Made by a program: the position numbers and the translations under genes. A stretch of DNA of 64,000 nt from Yuukianura sp. NJ FZ-2021 (lineage: Eukaryota): the NCBI GenBank assembly GCA_046563655.1, contig CM102288.1, forward strand, positions 558,001 to 622,000, written 5' to 3'. The notes beneath the pieces are model-generated. The model had not been told where the DNA came from and did not search any database. It worked only from the letters and a program-made list of their open reading frames with translations. Positions within the stretch are counted from its first letter, which is position 1. Each line of letters opens with the position of its first letter. Shown piece after piece: positions 39,986 to 52,617 of this stretch.

Positions 39986-41060
39986 ATGGACATCGTTCTA
40001 GCACTGCATGACGAGTACTTGATGACCCCTTATGTGTACCCCAAGGGGTGGTCAGAGGGGTCATGGTCACGACAGTTCTTGACATTGTCACTCCTCCTCA
40101 CTATCTACACGTACGCTGTGTATTTCACTTTTGGCGGACTTATTTACTGGTTGTCCTTTGACCAGCGTCTGCTGCAGCATCCCTTGGCTATGCAGGTAAA
40201 TAAAACAAATTCATTTATAATTTTAATAATAAAAGTAATGTTTTATATTTTATTTAAGAATCAAGTTGCAAAGGAAATCAGAGTCGCTTTTAAGTCAATT
40301 CCTGTGACTGCGACTTTCAGCGCTGCGTTCTTCCTCCTCGAAATCCGCGGTTTTTCAAAACTCCATGATTCCAGCGACGGCGTTTGGGGTAAATAAGTTA
40401 CTCTTCTATTTAAATATATTAAATAATTTAAATATAATAGATAATTTAAATAAGATAATTTAAATATAATAGAATAATAGTGGGTTAACAAGGCTCTAGT
40501 CTACGTCTGCGGCGCACAACTCGCTCCTGAGTGCCGAATTTTAACTTCCGGTGTTTCTTACAGGCTGGGTTTCCATATTGTTGAGCACCATTACGTTCAT
40601 TGTCTTCACTGACTTTTCACTTTACTGGATTCATCGTGCCGTTCACTCTCGTTTGCTCTACAAAAGGGTACATAAAAGGCATCATCAATTTAAAGTGCCC
40701 ACTCCCTTTGCATCTCTAGCTGCCCATCCTCTGGATGGAATTCTCCTTGGACTACCCTATCACATCTACGTATTCCTTTTCCCCATGCACAAAAACGTTT
40801 TCTTTGCCCAGTTTCTACTCATTTCTGTGTGGGCAATATATCTACATGACAATAACTTCAAACTGCCCAGAGTCCTTAGACCATTCATCAACGGTACGGT
40901 ACATCACACTGACCATCATTTGTTTACCAACTTCAACTACGGTAACTACTTCAACGTCTGGGATAGAATTTTCGGAAGTTATCGGGAACCGTCGGCATAC
41001 ACCAGAGAGTCTCCCCTACACAAAGTCCCTGGCAATGACTTTCTGGATAAGAAACAATAA
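39986..41060 (+). CDS. Sterol C5-desaturase-like, copy 3
   Basis: HRAVH, HKRHH, HHTDHH; exon 1 and 3' flank similar to copy 2. Confidence 0.85.
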
Positions 41061-41173
41061 AATCTTAATTTACTCAGACATTGGGGGAATTAACATTGAT
41101 TTTTGGGAAATTGGTGTCCTTTAGCTGGAACTTGCCGGAACGATACCGAGAAAACAATGGTATCGGAAACCGT

Positions 41174-42440
41174 CTAAGGAGTGGGAAAATACTGGACGAC
41201 TTGATGTTGTAGAGTGTTCGGAGTTTCAGTTGGTTCGGTTGCGGGAGAAGAGTCGACGGTAATCGTAATGATCGTGTCGTTCCCAACTGTACTCATTTCA
41301 AAGCTGTATTCATGATCATCCATGTCAGTGTAAGTCGTAGAGGGTTCCGGTTCGACTGGAATTGACGGTAAAGGTGGCGGAGAGACATGTTTCTTGCAAA
41401 TTGGGCAAGCTGCCTTGGTCTTCAGAATCCAATTGTCGACGCATTTGACATGGAAAACTAATCAAAATCAAAATTATGATTTTGAATGCCTGTGGACATT
41501 TTGAAATTCTTTTTGATACCATGGTCACAGTTTAGCTTCCGAACCAAATCGCCTTGCTCAAAGTCTTCCAGGCAGATGACACATGAAACGTTATTTGGAA
41601 AATGGTGATGATGAGGCGACCAAAGTTCAATTTTGGTCAGCGCCAAGGCCTTTTGAGCTTGTTTTCGGCGGAATTCGGCAATTGTCGGGGGCGTTCCAGC
41701 GGAGGAAACTCGAGACCATCCAAACACTTCATAAAACTGTTTTAAACGAAACAAAAAACTTTCAAAAAAGTTCAATAGTTCAAAACGAATGTTTAAAAAA
41801 AATTACCCAATTGGTAGCCACAAGACAGAAGATTATGAAAGCCAACAGAATACAGAGCAGGATACTGAAGAACAGAATATTTCGGTACAAGTATTCGTCG
41901 TCATCTCCAAAGCTGATGTTAGACTCTCGCAATTTCTGCAAATGCTGTCGGATACTGGAAACATGAAACAATTTTTCAATTAACATTAATCTAAATATCA
42001 ATTTTCAATTTCTTACCTTATGGGTGCCAAAATGTAACTTTTCTCTTCCGAACTGGCCCCACCAACCATCACAGCCTCAATGACTCTGACCGAAGTGACC
42101 TCAACGTCACCTTCACTCTGATTGGCAAGATCCTCCATTCCGATCAGGTCACGCGATTTCAATTGTCAAACTCAAGTGAGCTAATTGAACGAAGTAAGAT
42201 GTTACTTTCCCCGAAATACTTCTAGTTTTGAAAAGTACTTGGCCACGGTGATTGCAAAATGTTTCGCAGCTAACTTCAACTTCTTTAGGTGACTTTTGTA
42301 ACTTTGAATTTTTGGAAATCGTAAAATTTAAAATTTTATGGACATAAACAATAAGGTCACACGAGAAGTTAACAACAGACAACAAGGTGACAGACAAGTT
42401 GTTCCAGAAATAAGCAGCGACTGTAGTAAATGAGTAGTAG
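41174..42440 (-). CDS. Transmembrane RING-H2 E3 ligase; start uncertain
   Basis: TM segment ILFFSILLCILLAFIIFCLV; CVICLEDFEQGDLVRKLNCDH|VFHVKCVDNWILKTKAACPICK. Confidence 0.75.
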
Positions 42441-42773
42441 GCATTATGTTTACAGTTAAATGAGTTTAAAGTTCAGTTAAAACAAAACCAACGGAGCAAT
42501 TCCCTTTGTGGTTAAATAAAATGTAATTAAATCATTAAATTAACCATTGTTCAACCACAAAGGCAAAAAGTTCCTGTCATCAACATGTAAAACAAAGATA
42601 ATTGAAGGAAAGATTCCTTACCGTGAATTGTCCAGAGCAGAGTGAGAGTCCTGGACAAAGACAAAAACGTTTGCATATCGTTTGGACTAGTTTATTTCAA
42701 ATGCGATTTGAGATCCAGCTGTCAATGTTGTTGCAAAAATAAGTTAATTTGAGACATTGAGTTGCGATTTTTG

Positions 42774-44434
42774 TTAGTCTTGCCGTTGGAACGTCATGAG
42801 ATCAAAGGTATTGTCCGGAGTTGTCCAGATACTTGTAAAGCCCAGTTCAGCCGCATGTCCACTGAGGGTGACATGTCGATCCATGATGGATCCCGGTAGT
42901 TTATGGTCGCTAAGAGACAGATTCTTGATGTTTGGTTCTGACAGGGCAGCTCCAATCGTCTCGATAAACTCCACGACCGGAAGAACTGTGCCCATTGGAC
43001 CAGGAACTGGAGTAAAAAACTGGAGATTGATGACCGTCAGGGATTCGGAGTGCAGAAGAAGGTGTTCCAGATCTTCAATGTCGAGATCGACATACTTGAG
43101 CTCCAGTTCAGTCAAAGTGTTGAGTAACCATGACGACAAGTTCCGGTGTCTCAGACCATAGTATCGTGCATCGCCCCATATCTTCAGGTATTTCAGATTG
43201 ACAAGATGTGCAATGTGGTTCCAGTTGAAGGGGTCAACGTTAGTGGAGTCTCCGTTGTAATTAGTAATTGAGTACAGTTCCAGCTTGGTCAAGGTTCCGC
43301 TGAGAGCTTTTAGAATTGGCTTGTAGAAACGCCACATAACAGCGTCGAAGTTGCAGATTAACGTTGACAAATTCGTTTGAGACACGATGAAGCCACGGTA
43401 GATGAAGAGGTGGTGCAGAGTCACTCCTGGACAGTAGATGATCAATGTACTCAGTTTCATCGGATAGTCGCTGCGAATTGACTGTCCAAGTGAGTCGTCT
43501 GTTGGTATTATGTTCTCTTGCTGGTGAATATGATTTCGCCAATTGTCAATTCGAATCCGAAATTCTTGAACGTTTGGATGAAGAAAGGCTTGTTGCAGAA
43601 TTTCAAAAACGGAGTCTGATGTCACGTCAGGCGGAAACTGGCGAAGATCAAACTCAATCGTAAGGAGCTTGAAACTCAAGCTATGATCCAGGTAGGATTT
43701 GAGCTCAGCTTGTGTCAGATGCTCATTGATGACAAGAGTCTTCCCATCTTTTGAAGATGTCTTGACTTTATCTGACTTTCGGTTCACACGAAGATGATCT
43801 CCGCTATCTTTTTTCAGATCACATGAATACCACATTCGGCCAAGAACTTCATTGGTTGGCTCTAGCTCAACGACGTGATGGCGCGGAGAGGCATTGGCGG
43901 ATTGACGAGGCGTCCCAACCTGAAATATCAATAACGACATGAAATCGTTTCATTGTTTAACTTTTAACGATTTTATCATATTAAAACCTTGCTAGCTGGC
44001 AGTGAATACTGTATTCGAAGGTCATCGCCGTGACCGTTTGTGAGAAGTTTGACGTTGACAACTACCGGTTTCTCTTCTTCTTCTTCGTCCTCATCAGGAG
44101 TATGTTCAGTTTCAGTTTCAATGTCGCCCTCTTCATGTCGTGGTCCAGAAATTTGTTTGAAACCGTCATCGTTCTCTTCTGGCTTAACTTTGGATGTCTT
44201 TCTGAAGCAGAAACACAGTCGAACGAGGTAAGTAATAATGGCACACAATCTTCTCAGGAGCCAAAATGTGCTTCGGCACAGAATCATGCTCCTTGAAGAA
44301 TTTGAAGTTCGTCTGGGAGATGGTAACGGTAATTGATCTACGTTTTTCCCTAGTTGCGATTTGCGTTCCATCAAACCAAGGTGAATCGGAGACGATACAG
44401 CATTTGACCTCCTGGAAATAAACAAATTCAACAT
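42774..44434 (-). CDS. Uncharacterised protein with a leucine-rich/RNI-like C-terminal region; 5' end uncertain
   Basis: Two long co-oriented ORFs joined by a short intron; LxxLxL repeats (LTKLEL, LKYLKI, LTELEL). Confidence 0.55.
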
Positions 44435-45207
44435 GTATCAAATTATCTCTACGTTCCAAACGTTTTGAAATCGTAAGATTCCTGCAAACAAACGTTTTTT
44501 AGATTAAAAGTTGTAGGCAACTGGATTACGATAAAAAGTGAAAACTATTCTCCAGTTCCGGTCAGCCTTCCAAGGTCAAGAGGTCAAGTTCATCTGTCAA
44601 CTGAAAACAAGAAATAACGTTGACGATTGGAGCTGAGCGACAGCAGTGATGGTAATGCGAAATGAATGAATTTGCGAAATAACGGAACAAAGTTGTCAAA
44701 AATCAAAACAAAATAATTCTTATCATAAAATCAGCTGTGGTGCAACGCAGGCGCAGCTTACATTTTTTATCGAATTTTTTTTCTATACGCGGGAATTGTT
44801 TGAAAAATTTAAAAATAGCGTCAGTTTCACTTATCGCTACGAAATTTTCTTTTTTTTTGTTTTCCTTTTCATTTTTTTAATTGCTGATGTCAATGATTTA
44901 TTTTACTTACACAATTAATTTAATTGCGTACAATGTAATTGAGTTGTGGAAGTGAAAGCAGGTTTGATTGACGGGAAGTGTTGAACTTGAGTATAGTATT
45001 CCCTTCATTGTTATGCACACACCTCCCATTATTGTTGCTCTATTATTCGACTTTGTTATTATTCAATGTTAAATTATGCATAAATGAAAAAGTAGACAAG
45101 AAATTCATTTCATCTCTGCGAACTAACTTTCAATTTCATTTTTTGCATTCTGGCATAACCAAGTTACAGTTGTAATCCTGTGTAGTTTTGGTCACGTAGA
45201 GACAAGC

Positions 45208-46351
45208 ATGGCGAGTGGCAGGGTCACGTCCAAAGGTCAAGTTCTCTATTGTGTCATCTTTCATCTTGTATTGGCAGTTGAAGGCCTCAGAGTGTCATTT
45301 TACGAACATTATGCCAAAGAAGGTAACTGAAAAAGCACTTAAAGTAACTAAAAAATTTAAAAATTTAAACATTTTTGAATTTTGGCGGTTATTTTTGCAG
45401 GTAGGTCGATAAAGGTGAACAACCTCAAAGAATGCACAGCGCTTCCAACTTCTTGGCAAGAACGGATTTCATCAGTGGATTCCCACGGTGGCTGCGTTTT
45501 GCTTTACGAAAATCCTGATTGTTCTGGAAGACTCGTGAGACTTCGGGCGGAGTCGGGCACTTACTTTCCAAATTTAAAGCAAATACGATTCAACGACGTC
45601 ATCGCTGCGGCAAAACCGTGCCGTTTAACAACGTTGCGTAAGATTTGAAAAAAATCTGTAAGATCTGCTGAATAGTGCTCAAACTTTTTAAAATCTGAAA
45701 CGTTTGCGTGATTTTTTAGTAACTCCAGGACGTTATGCAATACAGAATGCAGATGACAAGAAGGTTAGTGAACTAGCGGACATTTTTAAAAAATTGTTTC
45801 AGTTTCATTCAAAGGTCAAATCAAAGTGAGGTCAATTTTTAGTACTTGACAGCGAGGCATTTAGTCGTAAAAGGATTTACGGCGGTTGAAACTGAAAAGT
45901 GGCGTGGAAACATGGCACAGCAGTGGGACATAATTAAAGTAAGAATCATTTTATGTAATTAATTAATTTATATTTTATAATTAATTCATTTACATATAAT
46001 TAAATGTTATAGAATCGTGATGGTTCGTTCTGGCTCATCCCTAGAATCCACTTTAATAGAAATCCGTTGACCTATGACATGCGGAAGTACACCAAAGATG
46101 ACTTCCCTGAAACTGGAATGTTCAAGGAAAGAGAGTACTGGAATTTCAAAAATGTCAAAGGAAATACTTTTATGATCAAAAACGATGACACGAGGAAGTG
46201 TCTCCTCACAGAGTAAGTGACCTTGACCAAGTTTTTCAAAATTTACATTTTTTGACTATTGTTTTTCAGAGATGAGCGCGTAATTGAGCAAGACGACTGC
46301 GACAAAAGTTCAAAAAGTCAACATTGGATATTCCATCGTCTGACGACTTAA
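45208..46351 (+). CDS. Probably secreted beta/gamma-crystallin-domain + ricin-B (beta-trefoil)-like protein, copy A
   Basis: VSFYEH..EG, ERISSV, CVLLYENPDCSG, FNDVI; C-terminal AQQW and SQHW (QxW) motifs; multi-exon. Confidence 0.65.
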
Positions 46352-46618
46352 TTTTGCACTTAAAATTAAAATTTACTTAAGTTAAACACAGTGAAATATT
46401 TAAAATTTTAATTCTCTATTTTGTGTTGTGATCAACATCCTTCTTATATTCACCTTTGGGAGAGGAAACTTCCCACTTTTTGACCACAATTATTACTAAC
46501 AGTTCAATAAAAATTCGAACGTTGCCAACAAAAATTCCAAAATGAAATTAAAATTTTACATTCATTTGTAAAAGGAGTTGATGTTTTTTCTTTTTAAACT
46601 GAAACAAAAAAAAAAACA

Positions 46619-46843
46619 CGAGCCACGACCTTCTTCCTACAACGAATAAGCCTAGCTGTTCAGCGCGGAAACTCCTGCTCAATCTTGGGAACCTTACCCT
46701 CAGGAAAAGATCTTTACGAGTTATTCATATTATAATCTAACTTAAATCCTACTTCTTTTCTCAACCTGCCTTTGGCAGGTGACTGTGAAACTAAAATAAA
46801 CCGAAATAATGAGAGAAGAAAAAAAAAAAAAAAAAAAAAAAAA
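46619..46843 (+). mobile_element. 5'-truncated non-LTR retrotransposon 3' end (CRE-like clade) with poly(A) tail
   Basis: Frame FFLQRISLAVQRGNSCSILGTLP ending at stop 46733-46735; short UTR; A25 at 46819-46843; A-run+CA on both sides (possible TSD). Confidence 0.7.
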
Positions 46844-47322
46844 CAGGTGAAATCTCACTTGTTGAGTTTTAATTTTATGTAAGAGGATAATCAATAACAG
46901 TTCTGTAATTAGTATTTGGTTTCAAAAGGAAAAGAGTTAGAAAGAAGCTGGCAATCGACAACCTATTGTCATTTGTTGTAATATTTACTATAATCATCTT
47001 ATTCGAAGTAACATGTTTGACCTCTTCCTCTGTTATGTCTAAACCAGTTTGACCTCTTGAATTCATGTAACAATTTGTTGATTTAACAGAAAGAAAGTGG
47101 AAAGCGTGTGAATTTTGTTTTGAAATATCAGCCACTCCTTCAACATAACCATGAAGTTCAACTTCCTCAAAGATCCAATCACACAAAAGAAGTAATTTTT
47201 ACAATTAAATGTCAGTTGTTCAGTGAAGCTGAATGAGAACATCAACTTTCAGTTTTTGTCATTCAGTTGAGTAACTACTGCTGTTAATTAAGTTTCTAAC
47301 TCCTGTTAATTACTCTATTAAA

Positions 47323-48551
47323 ATGCGTCTGATTTTGTTAAGTTTTGTAATTAGTCTTTACGTGCTAAAAGTTTTCTGTGAAAAAGATCTGTTTTTGAGT
47401 GTTACTCTGTTCGAAAACCCAAACAAAGAAGGTAAGTTTTCCTGAAATATTGAAATTTTAAAAAAATACCGTATTTCCTGGCGTATATTTCTCAACGTGT
47501 ATAGGTTCTAATATGACCTTGGGAATTCGGGGGTGTGAAAATGTGCCATCGCAGTTCAATGACCGTGTATCGTCACTTGAACTGTCTGGAAGATGTGTTC
47601 GATTGTATAAAGATCAAGACTGTACTGGACGCATGATGACCATAAGTCCTCAGAATAAAGTTTGGACAAATGACCTTCAAAAGGTCAACTTTCACAATAT
47701 GATTTCATCTATCAGTTCCTGCAGACCGGAGTCTCCTACATGTAAGTTTTAAAAAAAAAATCAGTTTTAGAAGAAAAAATTCAGTTTTAGAAGAAAACTT
47801 TCAGTTTTTAGAAGAAAAATAGTTGTTTGTATTTCGAACAAAGTATTTGTTCGAAAATACCAAAAATGGAGAATTCTGGGGAAATGTTTCGAATTTTTGG
47901 ATTTTGTTTTATGTAGTGGAAACGGGGAGATACGCAATTCAAAGTCCATGGGACAGAGGAGTAAGCTACTTAAATATTTAGTTTATTAAATAATTATATT
48001 AGATTAATTTAATTTAATTAATTTTATATTTTAATCAAGGTCCTCACGGTTCGCCGATTAGTTGGAGGTTTCACTCTACTGAAGACGCTTCCGTGGAGAA
48101 AAGACTTTACACAGCAGTGGGACATTGAGAAAGTTGGCAAATTACTCTTTTTTCTTCTTTTTTATCAAAATTTCAAAAAAAAAAAATTCAAAATTTTGAC
48201 AGAATGAGGACCACACTTATTGGATGACCCCGCGTCAATTTGAAATCAACCCACTAAGCTACACTATGGACAGCACACGAAGGTATCCTACTGAACGGGT
48301 CAACTGGGTCATCGAAACCCTTCATAACAAAATGTACATGATGAGGAAGTATCCCACCAACATGTGCATAACGATGAGGTGAAAATATTTTCTACATTTT
48401 GCAGTTTCCTGAAAAAGTTTTTCTAAAAAAAACGTGTTTTTTGAATGTTTGAAGACAAAAAATGGAAGCCTATTTGAAAGAGTGTAGAAAAGAAGACAAA
48501 AAGCAGCACTGGGTGTTTCATAAAATCCAAGGAGCTGCAAACGACAAGTGA
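47323..48551 (+). CDS. Secreted beta/gamma-crystallin-domain + ricin-B-like protein, copy B
   Basis: Signal peptide MRLILLSFVISLYVLKVFC; VTLFENPNKEG, FNDRVSSL, CVRLYKDQDCTG; TQQW and KQHW motifs; same exon layout as copy A. Confidence 0.7.
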
Positions 48552-49101
48552 CCTCGTGACCTCTCCTGAATGTAGAAATGTACGCAAAGTTCAAAGGTCA
48601 ACTCAGATCAATCGTCGTCGTGAAATGTGTCATTCCTCTATAATTTACATTACTTTGTTGCTCAATTCCTAGGAAATAAATTACCTCAACCTCAACATGA
48701 CAAAAATGTGTTACTTCCTACACCTAAATTTACCAAAAATGCAACAATTTTAATTAGCTTAATGACGCAACATTTAATTAGTTGCTAAATTATTCGACTT
48801 TATAATTTTCAAGTTGTAAATTACATTACAGCTTGAAGACACTCCAATATTATGGCATTGTGTTATTTGTGGCGTCCTTTTTCACAAAATTTTTGAATTA
48901 AGCGCGATCTACCGATTGGGAACCGAACTAAAATTGGCTCATGTTTTTGAACCGTGTCGGGAAGCATAAATGTTTTCCAAACCGGTACCGGTTCGCAACA
49001 CCATAAAACGTGTTGTCATTTTGGATTTGTGAAAGCTACGCTTTGTAACTTTAATTGGAAAGTTAATTAATTACAAAGACTTTAACTTCTGGATTATCAA
49101 A

Positions 49102-51884
49102 ATGGCCAAAACGTTTCCAAAGTTTATCCCACCGGTGATTAACGACAATGAAACTGGATGGGGTCCAACGGGAGTTCCAGAGCAGTTCAAGGATATGCCG
49201 TATCAACCATATGCAAAGAGTGACCGATTGGGAAAGGTACGATTACGAAACGATTATCCTCACTACATGCAGTTAGCTATTTTTAATGGCTGTGGTTTAT
49301 AGATTGCTGATTGGACGGGAACTACATACCAAGACAGACGATTCCAGAGTAAGTTGACGAATTGAATACGGCAATGTTGAAAATTGTGTCAGTTCAATAA
49401 TTGTATTGTTTTTCAGACAAGTACAATTCAACTTTTGGAATTGGGACGGGCAATCAGTTTGCCTATTTTCATGATGAGGATGAGAGTTCGTTTCACTTGG
49501 TCGACACAACCAAAATACAGCGACCGATGTACCAGAGAGCCAGATTTCGTCCTAACCAGCGCCTGCTAAGGAACCAACGCGGTCAACAACGACAAGGACC
49601 CGGTGGAAATCAGCAACTGAAATCCGGCAAAGGGAATCGCAAAATTCAGCGGGGCGGAGGTCGAGGACGTTATGATCAGAGAGGTCAAATGAAGATACGT
49701 GAAGCCTCGGTTGTAGTGAAGGCAGATTGGAAGAGTATCGAGGAAATGGATTTCCCAAGACTTTCTAAACTGTCACTTCCAAATGTGAAAGAGGCTGTAG
49801 ACATGTAAGAAACTGTCTTTATTTTCAAGTATTCTGAGAAATTGTTAAATTCTTCCTCTTTTTCAGTGTCAAATGTGGATCCATGGAATGGTACGACAAG
49901 ACATATGATCGAGTGAACGTTCGGACGGAGAGGCCATTGATTCCAGTCGATCGGATAATTCATACCGTCACAACAGCTGATGATCCAATAATTCGACGGG
50001 TAAGCGTTTTTTTTTTATATAAACGTTATTTTTTTCTCTTACTTTGGCACAGAATTTGATCATCCTACTCGCAGTTGTGCGATTTTGGATATAAAGTCTG
50101 TGCAAAATCAAAGAGTAGCCTCGATTACCGAGAAGTGGAGTGCGTAACAATACGCTCACTTTTCCAACTATCCCGGCACACCTTGGTTTTATTATTTAGT
50201 AAACGAATCAGAGTTTGAATTTGGAGTTTTTGGTTTAGATTTCGAAAACAACCGGAAACGTGTTCGCTACTGATACCATTTTGGCTACGCTGATGTGTGC
50301 CACTCGATCAAACAACTCTTGGGACATTGTCGTTCAAAAGTTTCAGGACAAATTGTTTTTCGACAAGCGTGACAACACATTCGGTAAAAGATCCAGCTGT
50401 TCTGTCACAAGCACAGTTTCGTTTAATCTTTTCTGTTCTTTCCAGATCTTTTAACAGTCAATGAAACCTCCAATGAACTCCAAATTGATGATCCCGATAT
50501 GCTGAACACGTTGAGCTTAGAAGCAACTTTTGTCTGTAACAACTTCTCGCAACAAGTTTTGAAAACGGTAAGTGTTTCTTCCACTAAATTTAGCACTAAA
50601 AATGTCGAAACTAAGAGTCACTGTCGTGCAACTTTTATTGCGTTACAGTGCTATAGATTTCGAATAGAAACTACACAGTCCTAAACACTCTAGACTTTGC
50701 AAATGAAATTCTAGGCAATAGTGTTGTGTCACAGTCGAGATTATTCAAAAATAAGGATGTTACACATCATAGGAAGCATCACGAGATTTGAGAAAAAATG
50801 ATTGATTACTTTTGTTAATTTTCAGGGCGAAGATCGATTTAAGTTTGAGGAGCCAAATCCATTTATACTGGAGGGAGAGGAACACAAAATGGCTTCAGTT
50901 GGGTACCGATACCGGAAATGGGATTTGGATGGTGGAATTACTCTTGTGGCTCGTTGTCAACATGACGCAATTATGCAGGGACCGAATGGCGAAATGCAGT
51001 TCATCAATGTCAAGGCCCTCAACGAATGGGATCCCAGAGTACGTTGTCATTTTGTGCTTAAATTCCAACCAATAACGTTGTTTGGAATTTAAGAAAAACA
51101 ACATTCGTTTTTAGTGAAAATGTCTTTTTTGAAACAGTATTCCGGTGGAGTGGATTGGCGTCAGAAGTTGGACACACAGCGAGGTGCTGTCCTTGCCAAC
51201 GAATTGCGAAACAATGCTTGCAAGTTGGCCAAATGGACTGTACAAGCACTGTTGGCCAGTTCAGATCAACTGAAATACGGATATGTGTCTCGAGTAAACA
51301 TGCGAGATGACTCGAACCACGTAATTCTTGGAACACAACAATTCAAACCAACTGAATTTGCAACTCAAATCAACCTGAACATGGACAATGCTTGGGGAAT
51401 CTTGCGCTGTGTCATTGACTTGTGCATGAAACAACCCGATGGAAAGTATTTGATTCTCAGAGATCCAAATAAGGTAGGAGAATTAACATTTAAATGTTAA
51501 CATTAGTAGTAAAAGTAAAATTTAAGTGTTGCGAAACTAGAGTCACTGTTCTGCTTGATGAAATAGCAGTGCAGTGCTATAGATTTCGAAAAGAAATGGT
51601 GCCATTATGCCCTAGTTTCACTCAATTGAAACTCAGACACCATGGTTCCAACAAAAAAAAAATTCAAAAATTGTTCAATGTTAAAGTATTAGCTTCTAAA
51701 CCTGTTTTTTGATTTGAATTTGTAGCCAATGATTCATCTTTTTGATATTCCGGACAACACTTTCGATTCGGATGAAGAAGGTTCTTCAGAAGATGGCGGA
51801 GGTGAGTTAATTCATTTAAAAAAGTGAAAACAGAAATATGAAACTGAATTTTTATTTTTATTTTCAGATGATGATGACAACTAA
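49102..51884 (+). CDS. eIF3d: Eukaryotic translation initiation factor 3 subunit D
   Basis: GWGP...[69 protein letters not shown], acidic C-terminal tail. Confidence 0.96.
50043..50183 (+). ncRNA. Putative intronic H/ACA snoRNA 1 (eIF3d intron)
   Basis: Hairpin GCACAGAATTT...AAAGTCTGTGC; H box AGAGTA 50112-50117; second hairpin GCC...GGC; ACA 50178-50180. Confidence 0.7.
50605..50736 (+). ncRNA. Putative intronic H/ACA snoRNA 2 (eIF3d intron)
   Basis: Hairpin TCGAAA..CACTGT/ACAGTG..TTTCGA; H box ATAGAA 50664-50669; second hairpin; ACA 50731-50733. Confidence 0.7.
51532..51656 (+). ncRNA. Putative intronic H/ACA snoRNA 3, paralogue of snoRNA 2
   Basis: Shares the 5' hairpin (GAAACT..AGAGTCACTGT...CAGTGCTATAGATTTCG); H box AAAGAA 51590-51595; different 3' hairpin; ACA 51651-51653. 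Confidence 0.7.
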
Positions 51885-52617
51885 AAATCCGGGATTAGAG
51901 TAGGCTGAAAGTAATCATGTTTAATTTATGTCAAACATTTAACTAACTCTGTTTTAAAAATTAATCTCTCGTCGTTCAGAAGTAAAAGAAAATCTAACTT
52001 TTCTTACTCATATGCACAACAACAGAGGTCATAGTTTTAAATAATTGTCAAGTTTTTTTTTAAATCAGTGAAATGAAAAATGACTAAACACTAGTTTTTA
52101 ACTGATTTTGAGCTGAATTGTGAAATTCGGATTTCGTCTTGTTGCATTCAGTAACAAGTCTTAAAAGTTTGAAATCTCTGCAAATATTTTTGAAAACACA
52201 TAAATTAAAACGCAGAATTTAATGGCAATGTTTTGGTTTATGTTGAGAAGCGCTGGGTTTGGATTTCTTGGAAGACAAACTTTTTTTTTACTTGACCAAA
52301 CGAAGTTTGTGGTGAGATTGTGCGTTGACCTCGTTTTATCACTTCCATGACCTCTACTCTATTTTTTGCTGCTTAACTTGGAACTTAGAAGAAGGAGATG
52401 AGATGGGTGACACTTAAATTGGATATGATCAGCTACAACTCATTGAGAACTTTTCCATTTGTTAGTTTCTGGACTATGTTTTAGTCCTACACTTTTTAGA
52501 TAAGTGGGAAAATCCACAGACTTTTTGAATCTTCACACAGACAGTTCAGTTCAAGAAGTTTAAATTTTGCACATATTTTGAATATTTCGGAGATTCGAAT
52601 TTGTAGAATCTGCAATA

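Noticed and set aside
42500..42665. Hairpins (CCTTTGTGGTT...AACCACAAAGG; TTGTCCAG...CTGGACAA) as a possible ncRNA
   Set aside because: No convincing box motifs or family resemblance
46875..47245. Minus-strand ORFs between the crystallin-lectin genes
   Set aside because: No recognisable motifs or splice context
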